Shown here: positions 33,514 to 41,855 of the stretch, piece after piece | Numbering within the stretch: the first letter of the stretch is position 1 | Layout: each line of letters starts with the position of its first letter | Source: Hyphomicrobium aestuarii | GTDB taxonomy: Bacteria > Pseudomonadota > Alphaproteobacteria > Rhizobiales > Hyphomicrobiaceae | NCBI GenBank assembly: GCA_034408685.1 | Contig: JAWXCP010000039.1 | Span: 534 to 64,533 of the forward strand | Reading direction: 5' to 3' | DNA length: 64,000 bases | Notes under the pieces: generated by a model | What the model was told of the DNA's origin: nothing | The model's database searches: none | Seen by the model: only the letters and a program-made list of their open reading frames with translations | Program-made: the position numbers and the translations under genes

Positions 33514-36500
33514 ATGACCATTGAATTGGCAACTCGGCGCGCCGTGACACGGCCGTGGGGCGTAGCTGACCCAGGTAAATGGGTCGGCATTGGGACGTTG
33601 GGCGCCGCCTCCACCAAACGCGATCCGATCGGCGAGATTTGGTACGACCGGCCCGGTCGGCCGACATCGCCGCCAGCCCTGTTGTTGAAGGTGCTGCTGA
33701 CGAGCGCCCCACTGTCCATTCAAGTCCATCCCGACGACCGATATGCGCGCTCACTTGGATTGCCGAACGGAAAGTCGGAGGCGTGGCACGTTCTCGGTGC
33801 GACGGCAGACGCAAAGATCGCCGCCGGCCTCAAGCACAACATGACGCCGCATCAGCTACGCAGCGCAGCACAGGACGGCTCTATTGCGGACGCTGTAACT
33901 TGGATGCCGGTTGCTAAGGACGACACGATCCTGGTTCCAGCCGGCACCATTCACGCAATTGGTGCGGGGCTCGTAATTGCCGAAATTCAACAACGGAGCG
34001 ACGCGACCTTCAGGTTGTTCGACCACGGCCGGTCACGGGAGCTTCACATCGAAAATGCCGTCGCGGCATCGACGCTCGGGCCAGCTGCTGCACAAGAAAA
34101 ACCTGCCCGAATGAGCGCGCAGCGGACCGTTCTGGCGTCCGACCCCCACTTCGTGCTCGAACGTGTGGAATTACCGCCTCATTCGGTTTGGGAGCTGGTG
34201 GCAGAGCATGAGACGTGGCTCCTGGTTCTTTCGGGAGCCGGTGCCGTCGGCGGGATCGTTGCCGCTGAGGGAGATGCGATTTTTGCTCAAGCCGACGTCG
34301 TCGCGATCAACACAGGTCAGGCCGGGCTTGTCGCGCTCGTCGCCTATACGAGCAGCGCCCCGGTCCCCGGCATTTTGAAGGGGCCGGCGTCGCCGTCCAT
34401 TGGCGCGGTATCGGCCGCAAACTGTGTCGCACGAGCGATCAACCGCGCAGTGCCGCCGCAGCGCAAAGTTGTCCCGGCCGCAATCCAGCGGGTTGCGTTT
34501 ATTGGCAACCATCTGCCACGGCGATGCGGTATCGCGACCTTCACTCACGATCTCCACCTCGCAGCCGCGCGCTCCCGTCCATCGCTCTCGACCAGCATCG
34601 TCGCGATGAATGATACGGGTCACAGTTACGACTATCCAGCCATCGTCGAAGTCGAAGTCGCTGCAGACGACATCTCAAGCTACGAGCGTGCCGCGGGGAT
34701 CATCAATCGGAGCAAAGCCGATGTGGTGTCGCTTCAACACGAGTTCGGGATTTTTGGCGGCGCCGCCGGTAGCCACATCATCGAGCTGATGAAGCGGCTT
34801 TCGATGCCGGTTGTTACAACACTGCACACGGTGCTCGCAGCCCCGTCGATCGAGCAACGGGCAGTCATGTCCGAGATTATCGCGCAATCGGCGCGCCTTG
34901 TTGTTATGTCGGAGAAGGCCCGGGCTGTTCTGCTCGCCGCTTACGGTGTGCCAGCGGCGATGATCGAGGTTATACCCCACGGCATTCCCGACGTTCCGTT
35001 TGCCGACACCGAGGAAGCAAAACTCAAATTGGGTTTTGAGGGCAAAACCGTCATTTTGACCTTCGGTCTTCTGTCGCCGGGTAAAGGCATCGAGACGGTC
35101 ATCGAGGCCATGCCGCAGATCCTCGAAGCCTGCCCGAATGCCGTCTATGTCGTGCTCGGGGCATCCCACCCCAGCCTCGTGCGACAGCACGGCGAAGCCT
35201 ATCGCGAGAGCCTTCAAGCGCGGGCTGCGGATCGGGGGCTTGGCCGCCACGTGGTATTTATCGACCAGTTCGTCGACCAGGCGACACTGCTTGATTTCAT
35301 CGCCATGAGCGACGTCTACGTCACGCCGTATCTCAACGAAGCACAGATGACATCGGGTACGCTCGCCTACAGCTTTGGCCTCGGCAAAGCCGTTGTGTCG
35401 ACTCCGTACTGGCACGCCAGCGAACTGTTGGCTGATGGGCGCGGCGTTCTGGTGCCATTTGGCGACCATCGCGCCATCGGCCGCGAGATCGCAAGTCTTG
35501 CGACCGACCACGATCGGCGCGACGCGGTGCGGGAGCGCGCCTATGCCTACAGCCGGTCGATGACCTGGGCCGAGACGGCCAGCCGGTACTTGGCGACGTT
35601 TGACGCCGTACATAAGCAAAATCGGCCCATGTCAGTCGCGGTTCGCAAGCTTGGACCTGCACTACCAGCTACCCCGCCCGAACCGCGTCTCAGCTATTTC
35701 CTCTCAATGTGCGACAGTACCGGCCTGTTGCAGCACGCTGTCCACAATGTTCCCGACCGCAGCCATGGCTACTGCGTCGATGATAATGCGCGGGCGTTGT
35801 TATTGGCGGTCGCGATGGGCGAGCCGGGTGAACGCGCGATGCTCGCGGCACGGACGACGGCGTTTGCAGCATTCGTGGAGCACGCTTGGAACCCCGACAC
35901 ACGGCGGTTTCGCAACTTCATGAGCTACGATCGGCGCTGGCTCGAACCGCAAGGGTCAGAAGATAGTCACGGCCGGACGCTTTGGGCGCTCGGTGCTTGC
36001 GCCAGTGGCGATCCCGAACCGTCGCGGCGCGGATGGGCCGCCTCACTCTTCGAGCGTGCGCTGCCGACGGTCGAAAGCTTCAGTTCACCTCGGGCGTGGG
36101 CCTTCACACTCCTTGGGCTCGACGCCTACTGTGGGCACGTTGGCGACAATGCTCAGTGCGTGCGCTTGCGCAGCATACTCGCCGAGCGGCTCCTGTCGGC
36201 CCTGTTCGCGGTCGAAACCGCCGACTGGGTGTGGTTTGAAAACGAGCTCGCTTACGATAATGCACGGCTTCCCGAGGCTTTGCTGGTGACGGGGACGGCC
36301 ATGGCTAATCAGACCCTCGTCGACGCCGGCATTCGATCGCTGCGGTGGCTGAACGCAATGCAAACGGCTCCCGCAGGACATTATCGCCCTGTCGGGACCG
36401 AAAGTTTCGGCCGCGCGCGTCGCAGCCCACGGGCGTTCGACCAGCAGCCGTTGGAGGCAGCTGCGACGATCTCGGCGTGCTATGCAGCATGGCGGGCAGA

Positions 36501-36897
36501 TCGGGACGCGGTTTGGCCCGCGGCAGCGTCGACAGCATTTGCTTGGTTCGTCGGGCGCAACGATCTTGCCACATCGCTGGTCGATACTGCTACGGGTGGG
36601 TGTCGGGATGGTCTGCATCCCGATCGTGCCAACGAGAACTGCGGTGCCGAATCGGTGCTGGCATACTTGCTGGCCACTGTCGACATGCGCCGGTTTGCCC
36701 GCGCCGCGTCGATCGAAGTGGATGCGTCGACAACGGTCGTTCGAGTGCGCGGCGATCATGCCCGCGTAGCCGCAATGGGGGCCGTCACTGGGGGTTATTT
36801 TGTCTCAAGACCGGGGCGTGAAACGCCAAACGTTGCAACTCAAGCCGGACCCGGCGCGGGTCGTGGTCAGGCCGTTCAAACCGGCGACAGAACCTAG
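33514..36897 (+). CDS. Tri-domain fusion: class-I mannose-6-phosphate isomerase (cupin), GT4 glycosyltransferase, (alpha/alpha)-barrel-like C-terminal domain
   Basis: PMI part: 'RPWG', 'LLLKVLLTSAPLSIQVHPDD', 'GKSEAWHVL', 'VPAGTIHAIGAGLVIAEIQQRSD.TFRLFD'. GT4 part: 'RVAFIGNHLPRRCGIATFT', 'TFGLLSPGKGIE', 'SDVYVTPYLNEAQMTSGTLAYSFGLGKAVVSTP'. The C-terminal ~420 aa include 'YCVDDNARALL', 'SEDSHGRTLWALG', 'YDNARLPEAL'. There is no stop or plausible restart between the parts. Confidence 0.8.
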   Translation: MTIELATRRAVTRPWGVADPGKWVGIGTLGAASTKRDPIGEIWYDRPGRPTSPPALLLKVLLTSAPLSIQVHPDDRYARSLGLPNGKSEAWHVLGATADAKIAAGLKHNMTPHQLRSAAQDGSIADAVTWMPVAKDDTILVPAGTIHAIGAGLVIAEIQQRSDATFRLFDHGRSRELHIENAVAASTLGPAAAQEKPARMSAQRTVLASDPHFVLERVELPPHSVWELVAEHETWLLVLSGAGAVGGIVAAEGDAIFAQADVVAINTGQAGLVALVAYTSSAPVPGILKGPASPSIGAVSAANCVARAINRAVPPQRKVVPAAIQRVAFIGNHLPRRCGIATFTHDLHLAAARSRPSLSTSIVAMNDTGHSYDYPAIVEVEVAADDISSYERAAGIINRSKADVVSLQHEFGIFGGAAGSHIIELMKRLSMPVVTTLHTVLAAPSIEQRAVMSEIIAQSARLVVMSEKARAVLLAAYGVPAAMIEVIPHGIPDVPFADTEEAKLKLGFEGKTVILTFGLLSPGKGIETVIEAMPQILEACPNAVYVVLGASHPSLVRQHGEAYRESLQARAADRGLGRHVVFIDQFVDQATLLDFIAMSDVYVTPYLNEAQMTSGTLAYSFGLGKAVVSTPYWHASELLADGRGVLVPFGDHRAIGREIASLATDHDRRDAVRERAYAYSRSMTWAETASRYLATFDAVHKQNRPMSVAVRKLGPALPATPPEPRLSYFLSMCDSTGLLQHAVHNVPDRSHGYCVDDNARALLLAVAMGEPGERAMLAARTTAFAAFVEHAWNPDTRRFRNFMSYDRRWLEPQGSEDSHGRTLWALGACASGDPEPSRRGWAASLFERALPTVESFSSPRAWAFTLLGLDAYCGHVGDNAQCVRLRSILAERLLSALFAVETADWVWFENELAYDNARLPEALLVTGTAMANQTLVDAGIRSLRWLNAMQTAPAGHYRPVGTESFGRARRSPRAFDQQPLEAAATISACYAAWRADRDAVWPAAASTAFAWFVGRNDLATSLVDTATGGCRDGLHPDRANENCGAESVLAYLLATVDMRRFARAASIEVDASTTVVRVRGDHARVAAMGAVTGGYFVSRPGRETPNVATQAGPGAGRGQAVQTGDRT

Positions 36898-38101
36898 GGA
36901 TCTCAATCCGACGGACAAAACGCGGGCAAACCACATTGTCGACCGGGTTCTGGGTCTTGACGCCGATGCCGCCGGGCGACAGCTGAACGAAGTTTTGGAA
37001 AACTTCGAGGGGCGGCATCGAAACCTGCTCGATATTTTTGAGGCTCGGGCAGCCGACATGGAAGGCGCACTCGCGCCGCATTCGCCCTTCGACCGAATCC
37101 AGCGGCGCCTGATTGGCGCCTATTTTATGCACGAATATTCGTTCGAGGCGTCAGCCCTGTTCAACCCTAGTATCGTTCGGCACCCGGACCAATCTGGCGC
37201 GCCCGTTGGAGGGTGTCGGTTTATCTTGAGCTTGCGCGCGGTCGGTGAAGGTCACATCTCATCGTTGACGTTCCGCTCGGGATCGATCGGGCCCGAGGGG
37301 CAAATTTCGGTCGATCCAACAGCGCGGCTTGCCAGCATTCCAACCGTCGAAAGTCGAACTAAGACGCCACAGGGTGACGATATCGAGATCATGTTCCGCT
37401 CCGGGGATGATTTGAGCGAGCGCGTCATCTTCCCGGTCACGGACAGCCAATCGAACGGAATTGAAGATGCACGCTTCGTCGCGTTCAACGAGAATGGTCA
37501 GATAACATATTATGCGACCTACACCGCTTATAGCGGGCGCGCGATCAGGTCTGAGCTACTGGAAACCAGAGACTTTTTGAAATTCCGTTTGATGCCGCTG
37601 AACGGGACGGTCGCGCGCAACAAAGGCATGGCCCTATTTCCGAGAAAGGTCGATGGCCGCTATGCGATGATCGCGCGTCAGGACAACGAGAATTTATACC
37701 TCGTTTATTCCGACGACCTCCACACCTGGAACGGAGGCCAAGCCATATTGAGGCCGAAGTACCCATGGGAGTTCGTCCAGATTGGCAGCTGTGGCTCGCC
37801 AATCGAATTGGACGATTGCTGGCTGTTGTTGACCCACGGTGTCGGTGCCGTACGAAAGTATTCGATCGGGGCCGTCCTGCTCGATAAGAACGACCCGTCG
37901 ATCGTGCTCGGACGCTCACGCGAACCGCTTTTGCGGCCCGAACCTCATGAGCGCGAAGGCTATGTGCCGAATGTCGTCTACACCTGCGGGGCAATGCGGC
38001 ACGGCGACCAGATCATCCTCCCCTATGCGGTCTCGGATATGCTGACGAAGTTTGCCACCATAAACATCGACGACCTTATGAATTCGATCACCGAAGTGTA
38101 G
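36800..38101 (+). CDS. GH130-family glycoside phosphorylase-like protein with long N-terminal extension
   Basis: 'IEDARFVAF', 'YYATYTAYSG', 'NKGMALFPRKVDGRYAMI', 'YSIGAVLLDKNDPSIVLGRSREPLL.P...EREGYVPNVVYTCG', a five-bladed propeller GH130 pattern. The start is uncertain: TTG at 36800 or GTG at 36818. Either overlaps the upstream ORF by about 80-98 nt. Confidence 0.85.
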   Translation: MSQDRGVKRQTLQLKPDPARVVVRPFKPATEPRDLNPTDKTRANHIVDRVLGLDADAAGRQLNEVLENFEGRHRNLLDIFEARAADMEGALAPHSPFDRIQRRLIGAYFMHEYSFEASALFNPSIVRHPDQSGAPVGGCRFILSLRAVGEGHISSLTFRSGSIGPEGQISVDPTARLASIPTVESRTKTPQGDDIEIMFRSGDDLSERVIFPVTDSQSNGIEDARFVAFNENGQITYYATYTAYSGRAIRSELLETRDFLKFRLMPLNGTVARNKGMALFPRKVDGRYAMIARQDNENLYLVYSDDLHTWNGGQAILRPKYPWEFVQIGSCGSPIELDDCWLLLTHGVGAVRKYSIGAVLLDKNDPSIVLGRSREPLLRPEPHEREGYVPNVVYTCGAMRHGDQIILPYAVSDMLTKFATINIDDLMNSITEV

Positions 38102-38217
38102 TCCGTGCGTCCGACCGAGAACCATTGCTCATGCGCAAACGGTTGGCGATCAACGCAATCAAGGCGTCCCGACCGGTTGTCGAAACGCCTTGGATTGTTA
38201 ACGTCTGGCGTGTTGAT

Positions 38218-38321
38218 TAGAGGCCTTCCGCTTTAAATGGAATCGCGGAAGGACTCTAACTTATTTGTTTGTCGTGCTTCTTTTCGGAAAACCGGTTCCC
38301 ACTTTTCCAGAAGCACTCTAG
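38218..38321 (+). repeat. ~104-bp REP-like structured repeat, copy A (inverted copy at 49702..49805)
   Basis: 'tagaggccttccgctttaaatggaatcgcggaaggactctaacttatttgtttgtcgtgcttcttttcggaaaaccggttcccacttttccagaagcactctag'. It is nearly identical to the reverse complement of 49702-49805 and contains the hairpin aggccttccgc/gcggaaggact. Confidence 0.85.
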
Positions 38322-38863
38322 TGGTGGAGCGCTGCCTGCTCGTCAGCTGCGGCAACATTGAAGGCTACCATTTCTTCCAGTCCGAGCAATTCGCGCAGCT
38401 TGCACCGGCCACGGTTGACGCGGCTCTTGACGGTGCCCACCGCACAACCGCACGTTGATGATATTTCGGCGTACGAGTATCCTTCGCCAATGAGAAGAAG
38501 AGCTTCTCGCTGTTCCGGCGGCAGGTCTGCGAGAGCCCTAGAAAAATCGACCAAGTCCATATGGCCGTCCTGAGCGCCGCGGCTGATGATCGAACTTGCG
38601 AAGTTGTCATCGGGATCCTCGACCTCGGCCTTGCGTTTGCGCAATTCCGAAAGGAAAGTATTGCGAAGAATTGTGAACAACCAAGCTTTTATATTGGTTC
38701 CCAATTCGAACCTCGATTGGTGCTCCCAAGCCTTTGCAAGCGTTTCCTGGACGAGATCGTCTGCTCGACTAGGGTCGCGGGTAAGCGACATTGCAAAGGC
38801 GCGCAAGTTGGAAGCAACTCCTTCGAGCTGATACTGAAAATCCGGCGGAAGAGATGTGGCCAC
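38318..38863 (-). CDS. ECF-type RNA polymerase sigma factor, EcfG-like
   Basis: 'LRAFAMSLTRDPSRADDLVQETLAKAWEHQSRFELGTNIKAWLFTILRNTFLSELRKRK' (region 2) and 'LPPEQREALLLIGEGYSYAEISSTCGCAVGTVKSRVNRGRCKL' (region 4). GTG start with GAGG RBS. Confidence 0.85.
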   Translation of the reverse strand: MATSLPPDFQYQLEGVASNLRAFAMSLTRDPSRADDLVQETLAKAWEHQSRFELGTNIKAWLFTILRNTFLSELRKRKAEVEDPDDNFASSIISRGAQDGHMDLVDFSRALADLPPEQREALLLIGEGYSYAEISSTCGCAVGTVKSRVNRGRCKLRELLGLEEMVAFNVAAADEQAALHH

Positions 38864-39360
38864 GACTTACCTCGCTAGGTCTGAGATCTGGGGTTTGGTC
38901 AATCGGCGCGTTGCATTTCGTCAGCATTCGCCGACGGGCTCCGGCGCTTCGCGCGCCGCTGTGGTGATGCGGGGATCCCTCGGCTCGCTTCGGGATCCAG
39001 TGGTTGTGCTTTTGCTGGTCGCCCGTTGGCGGAGTGGCCGAGTTGGCGAGCCTGGACGTTTCCCAGACCGCTATTGAACAGTACCCAGTTGACACCCGGC
39101 GAAACAGTTGTGGAAACTACGTATGGGTGCGCTTGCCTGTTGCTCGAACCGCCGAATCAGAACTTGCCGACCTGATCGAGACGGCGGACCGAGGCGGCTG
39201 GCGGCCCCGTACTGGCGGCCCCGTACTGCGGCAGGTTATTTGGGACGGGTATAGACGCCGTGGTGCCGTTGACAGGCGATCTCGGGTCACCAGATATTCG
39301 CCATGAAGTTCATGGATCGTCGTGGGGCGATTGAGCCGGGTCGGGCCGCAGGTTTTCAAA

Positions 39361-40806
39361 ATGGCCGGGGTAGTCATGATGGCCAATTGGTTGGTCCAAA
39401 GCCGCCGCATATCGGGCCGTTTCACCGGCGTTTCCGCTCGGGTCGCTCAGCGTCGCGGCGATCGTTGCGAAGTTTTCCCGCGCGTCCGCTCAGCGGCTGC
39501 GGCTAAGGTATTGGCAGGACTTGCCGCCGGTGCGGCTTTGGTACTGCAGCCATCTCCAACTGCCGCACAAGGTCAATCATCCAACGAGTTCGTCACGAAG
39601 GCCCGCCACGTCGTGCTGATGGAAGCGCAGTCCGGCGCCGTGATGTATCAGTTCAAGGCCGACGAATTGGCCCCTCCGGCCAGCATGAACAAGCTGATGA
39701 CACTGGCGGTCGTGTTCAAGGCTTTGAAGGCCGGCCAGATCAAGCTCGACGACACGTTTCTCATCAGCGAGAATGCATGGCGGCGTGGTGGCGCGCCATC
39801 TCGGACGTCAGCGATGATGATCCCGATCAACACGCGGGTTTCGATCGAACTGCTGCTGCAAGGCGTGGTCGTGCAATCGGGCAACGACGCCGCGATTGCG
39901 CTGGCCGAGGGTCTAGGTGGTACCGAGGGCGCATTCGCGGCCAAGCTGATGACGGACGAAGCGCGACGCATTGGCCTCAAGACCGCCCAATTCCGCAATG
40001 CGACCGGCTTGAGCCATCCCGAACAGCGCATTTCGGCGCGCGAGTTGGCTGACCTCGCCCGGTTTTTGATTAAAGAGTATCCCGAGCATTATCCGCGGTT
40101 CGCGCAGCGCGAGTTCTCTTGGCTGAAGCACAAGTTCTTCAATCGTAATCCGCTATTGTCCATGGGCATCGGCGCCGACGGGATGAAGACCGGGCATTTG
40201 AACGAGGCGGGCTTTGGGCTGGTTGGGTCGGCTGTGCAGGATGGCCGGCGGCTGATCGCAGTCGTCATGGGTCTGCCGACGGAAAACGACCGCCGCGACG
40301 AGGCCCGCCGCATCCTCGAATGGGGGTTCCGCAACTTCACGGAAGCAAAATTGTTCGATGCCGGCGAGATCGTCGGACACGCCCGCGTCTGGGGTGGCGA
40401 CAAGCTCTATGTCGGCTTGCGCGGTAAAGGCGACGTTGCGGTCGTGCTGGCAAAATTTCCCGCGAGCCAGAAGCTGAAGGGTGAAATCATCTATCAAGGT
40501 CCGCTGAAGCCGCCGGTCAAGGCAGGTGAACAGGTCGCGATATTGCGGGTCACGAGTACGGCTGGCGCCAGCAACGACGTGCTGCTCTATGCAGCCGAGG
40601 ATGCCGTGTCCGGCGGTGTCATGCGCCAGGGGCTCGACAGCCTGGCTCATCTCGCCGAATGGGCGCTCGGCGCAGCGTTCGCCAAGATCAAATCGTCAGT
40701 TGGCTCGAGCGGCGCTTCGGCGACGCCAGGAGCTGTGAATGGACCGGCGGGGTCAGGCGGCGAGACGCCCTCTCCCGTGGCTCCGGTTCGGACGCTAGCG
40801 CGGTAA
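39361..40806 (+). CDS. D-alanyl-D-alanine carboxypeptidase (peptidase S11, PBP5/6-like)
   Basis: 'PPASMNKLMTLAVVF' (SxxK), 'VVQSGNDAAIALAE' (SxN), 'GMKTGH' (KTG) and a PBP5-type C-terminal domain. The start is uncertain (39322 GTG, 39361, or 39376 ATG). Confidence 0.8.
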   Translation: MAGVVMMANWLVQSRRISGRFTGVSARVAQRRGDRCEVFPRVRSAAAAKVLAGLAAGAALVLQPSPTAAQGQSSNEFVTKARHVVLMEAQSGAVMYQFKADELAPPASMNKLMTLAVVFKALKAGQIKLDDTFLISENAWRRGGAPSRTSAMMIPINTRVSIELLLQGVVVQSGNDAAIALAEGLGGTEGAFAAKLMTDEARRIGLKTAQFRNATGLSHPEQRISARELADLARFLIKEYPEHYPRFAQREFSWLKHKFFNRNPLLSMGIGADGMKTGHLNEAGFGLVGSAVQDGRRLIAVVMGLPTENDRRDEARRILEWGFRNFTEAKLFDAGEIVGHARVWGGDKLYVGLRGKGDVAVVLAKFPASQKLKGEIIYQGPLKPPVKAGEQVAILRVTSTAGASNDVLLYAAEDAVSGGVMRQGLDSLAHLAEWALGAAFAKIKSSVGSSGASATPGAVNGPAGSGGETPSPVAPVRTLAR

Positions 40807-40978
40807 CGGGCCGGTCGATTTTATGAGGCAGCCTCGGCCCAAAAGTCGACGTGGCATATTTCAACTGGCAAGCCTGCTACCAGCAGCCAACACTTCCCTC
40901 GGAAATGTGTCGGTAAAACTGGCTGCAAAGTGATAATGCTAATGAATTGGCCGTCTTTCATGACATTCGCGCTAGTGT

Positions 40979-41140
40979 TGCGTATCTGACGTTTGGTCCC
41001 CGCCCGCATCTGATGTCTCAACCAGACGTCAGATACAAAAGCAAAACTAGAAACAAGAGCTTGCTAGTGTTCCTCGTGTCTCAGACATGTGCTCGAAACC
41101 TCGCCGCTGGGGGAGGCAAATGTCTGAGACGGAACACTAG
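40979..41140 (+). repeat. Double-hairpin repeat element, copy 2
   Basis: Hairpin 1: tatctgacgtttggt (40983-97) / accagacgtcagata (41021-35), one mismatch. Hairpin 2: ctagtgttcctcgtgtctcagacat (41064-88) / atgtctgagacggaacactag (41120-40). It is colinear with 12683-12852. Confidence 0.7.
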
Positions 41141-41279
41141 GCAAGATTTCTAAAATGTTCTAGCAATTCCATGGAGTCGCGAAGCGCAGCATCGCAGATT
41201 CAGTCCGATCACTCCACACCGAGTAGTTCGTGAAGCTTCTGAAGGCAATGATTGGCGGCACGGCAAGCTTGAGGGCGTC

Positions 41280-41855
41280 ATGGCGCAACGTCGGGTGAAA
41301 AACGTGGACGTGTCGAGCGCGAGGTCGGCCCTTCGGACAGCGGTCCACGATATTCATGAGCGAATTCATGACCATCCAGCGCTCGCGCGCCTTGCGGCGG
41401 GCACGATCGCGCGGGACGAGTACCGTCGCCTGCTGGCGCGCTCGTACGGTTTTTATGCGATGGTCCAACCCGACGTTGGCCACGCTGGCGTATTGACCGA
41501 CTGCTTGGCCCAGGATCTGGCCGAATTGGGCATGACCGCCGCCGCGATTTCGGATTTGCCACGTTGCGCCCCCTTGGTGATCGAGGACGGGCCCGCCGAA
41601 CGGATAGGCGCCTGCTATGTATTGCTGGGAGCTTCGCTAGGCGGGAAGGTCATGGCGCGGGCCATCTCCGGTCGCGAGACCGATGGTGATGTGCTTCCGG
41701 TCCACTTCCTGACCGGTACGAATGAAAACAAGTGGAAAGCGTTCACTGCTGGCATCGAGGCGAGCCTGCCTGATACCGCCTCTCGGACGCGGGCTGCTAA
41801 GGGCGCGATGGCGATGTTTGCCGCTTATGAAGATTGGATGGCAGGGCATGCGTGA
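41280..41855 (+). CDS. bphO: Heme oxygenase (biliverdin-producing)
   Basis: Heme-oxygenase pattern 'LRTAVHDIHERIH', 'YRRLLARSYGFY', 'GACYVLLGASLGGKVM'. GAGGG RBS. The stop overlaps the bphP start (ATGCGTGA). Confidence 0.8.
   Translation: MAQRRVKNVDVSSARSALRTAVHDIHERIHDHPALARLAAGTIARDEYRRLLARSYGFYAMVQPDVGHAGVLTDCLAQDLAELGMTAAAISDLPRCAPLVIEDGPAERIGACYVLLGASLGGKVMARAISGRETDGDVLPVHFLTGTNENKWKAFTAGIEASLPDTASRTRAAKGAMAMFAAYEDWMAGHA

Noticed and set aside
38237-38458. ORFs 'MESRKDSNLFVCRASFRKTGSHFS…' (38237..38458) and 'MESPKASNLLVCRASFRKTGSNFS…' (49475..49786), which look like a conserved small protein family
   Set aside because: The similarity is confined to the REP-like DNA repeat and ends where the repeat ends. 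These are translation artefacts.
38864-39320. Search for a nepR-like anti-sigma ORF upstream of the EcfG-like sigma gene
   Set aside because: Hand translation of the frames abutting the sigma start gives 'MLTKCNAPIDQTPDLRPSEVS…' and similar peptides. None has the NepR pattern of a short helix with conserved L/Y/E-P residues.
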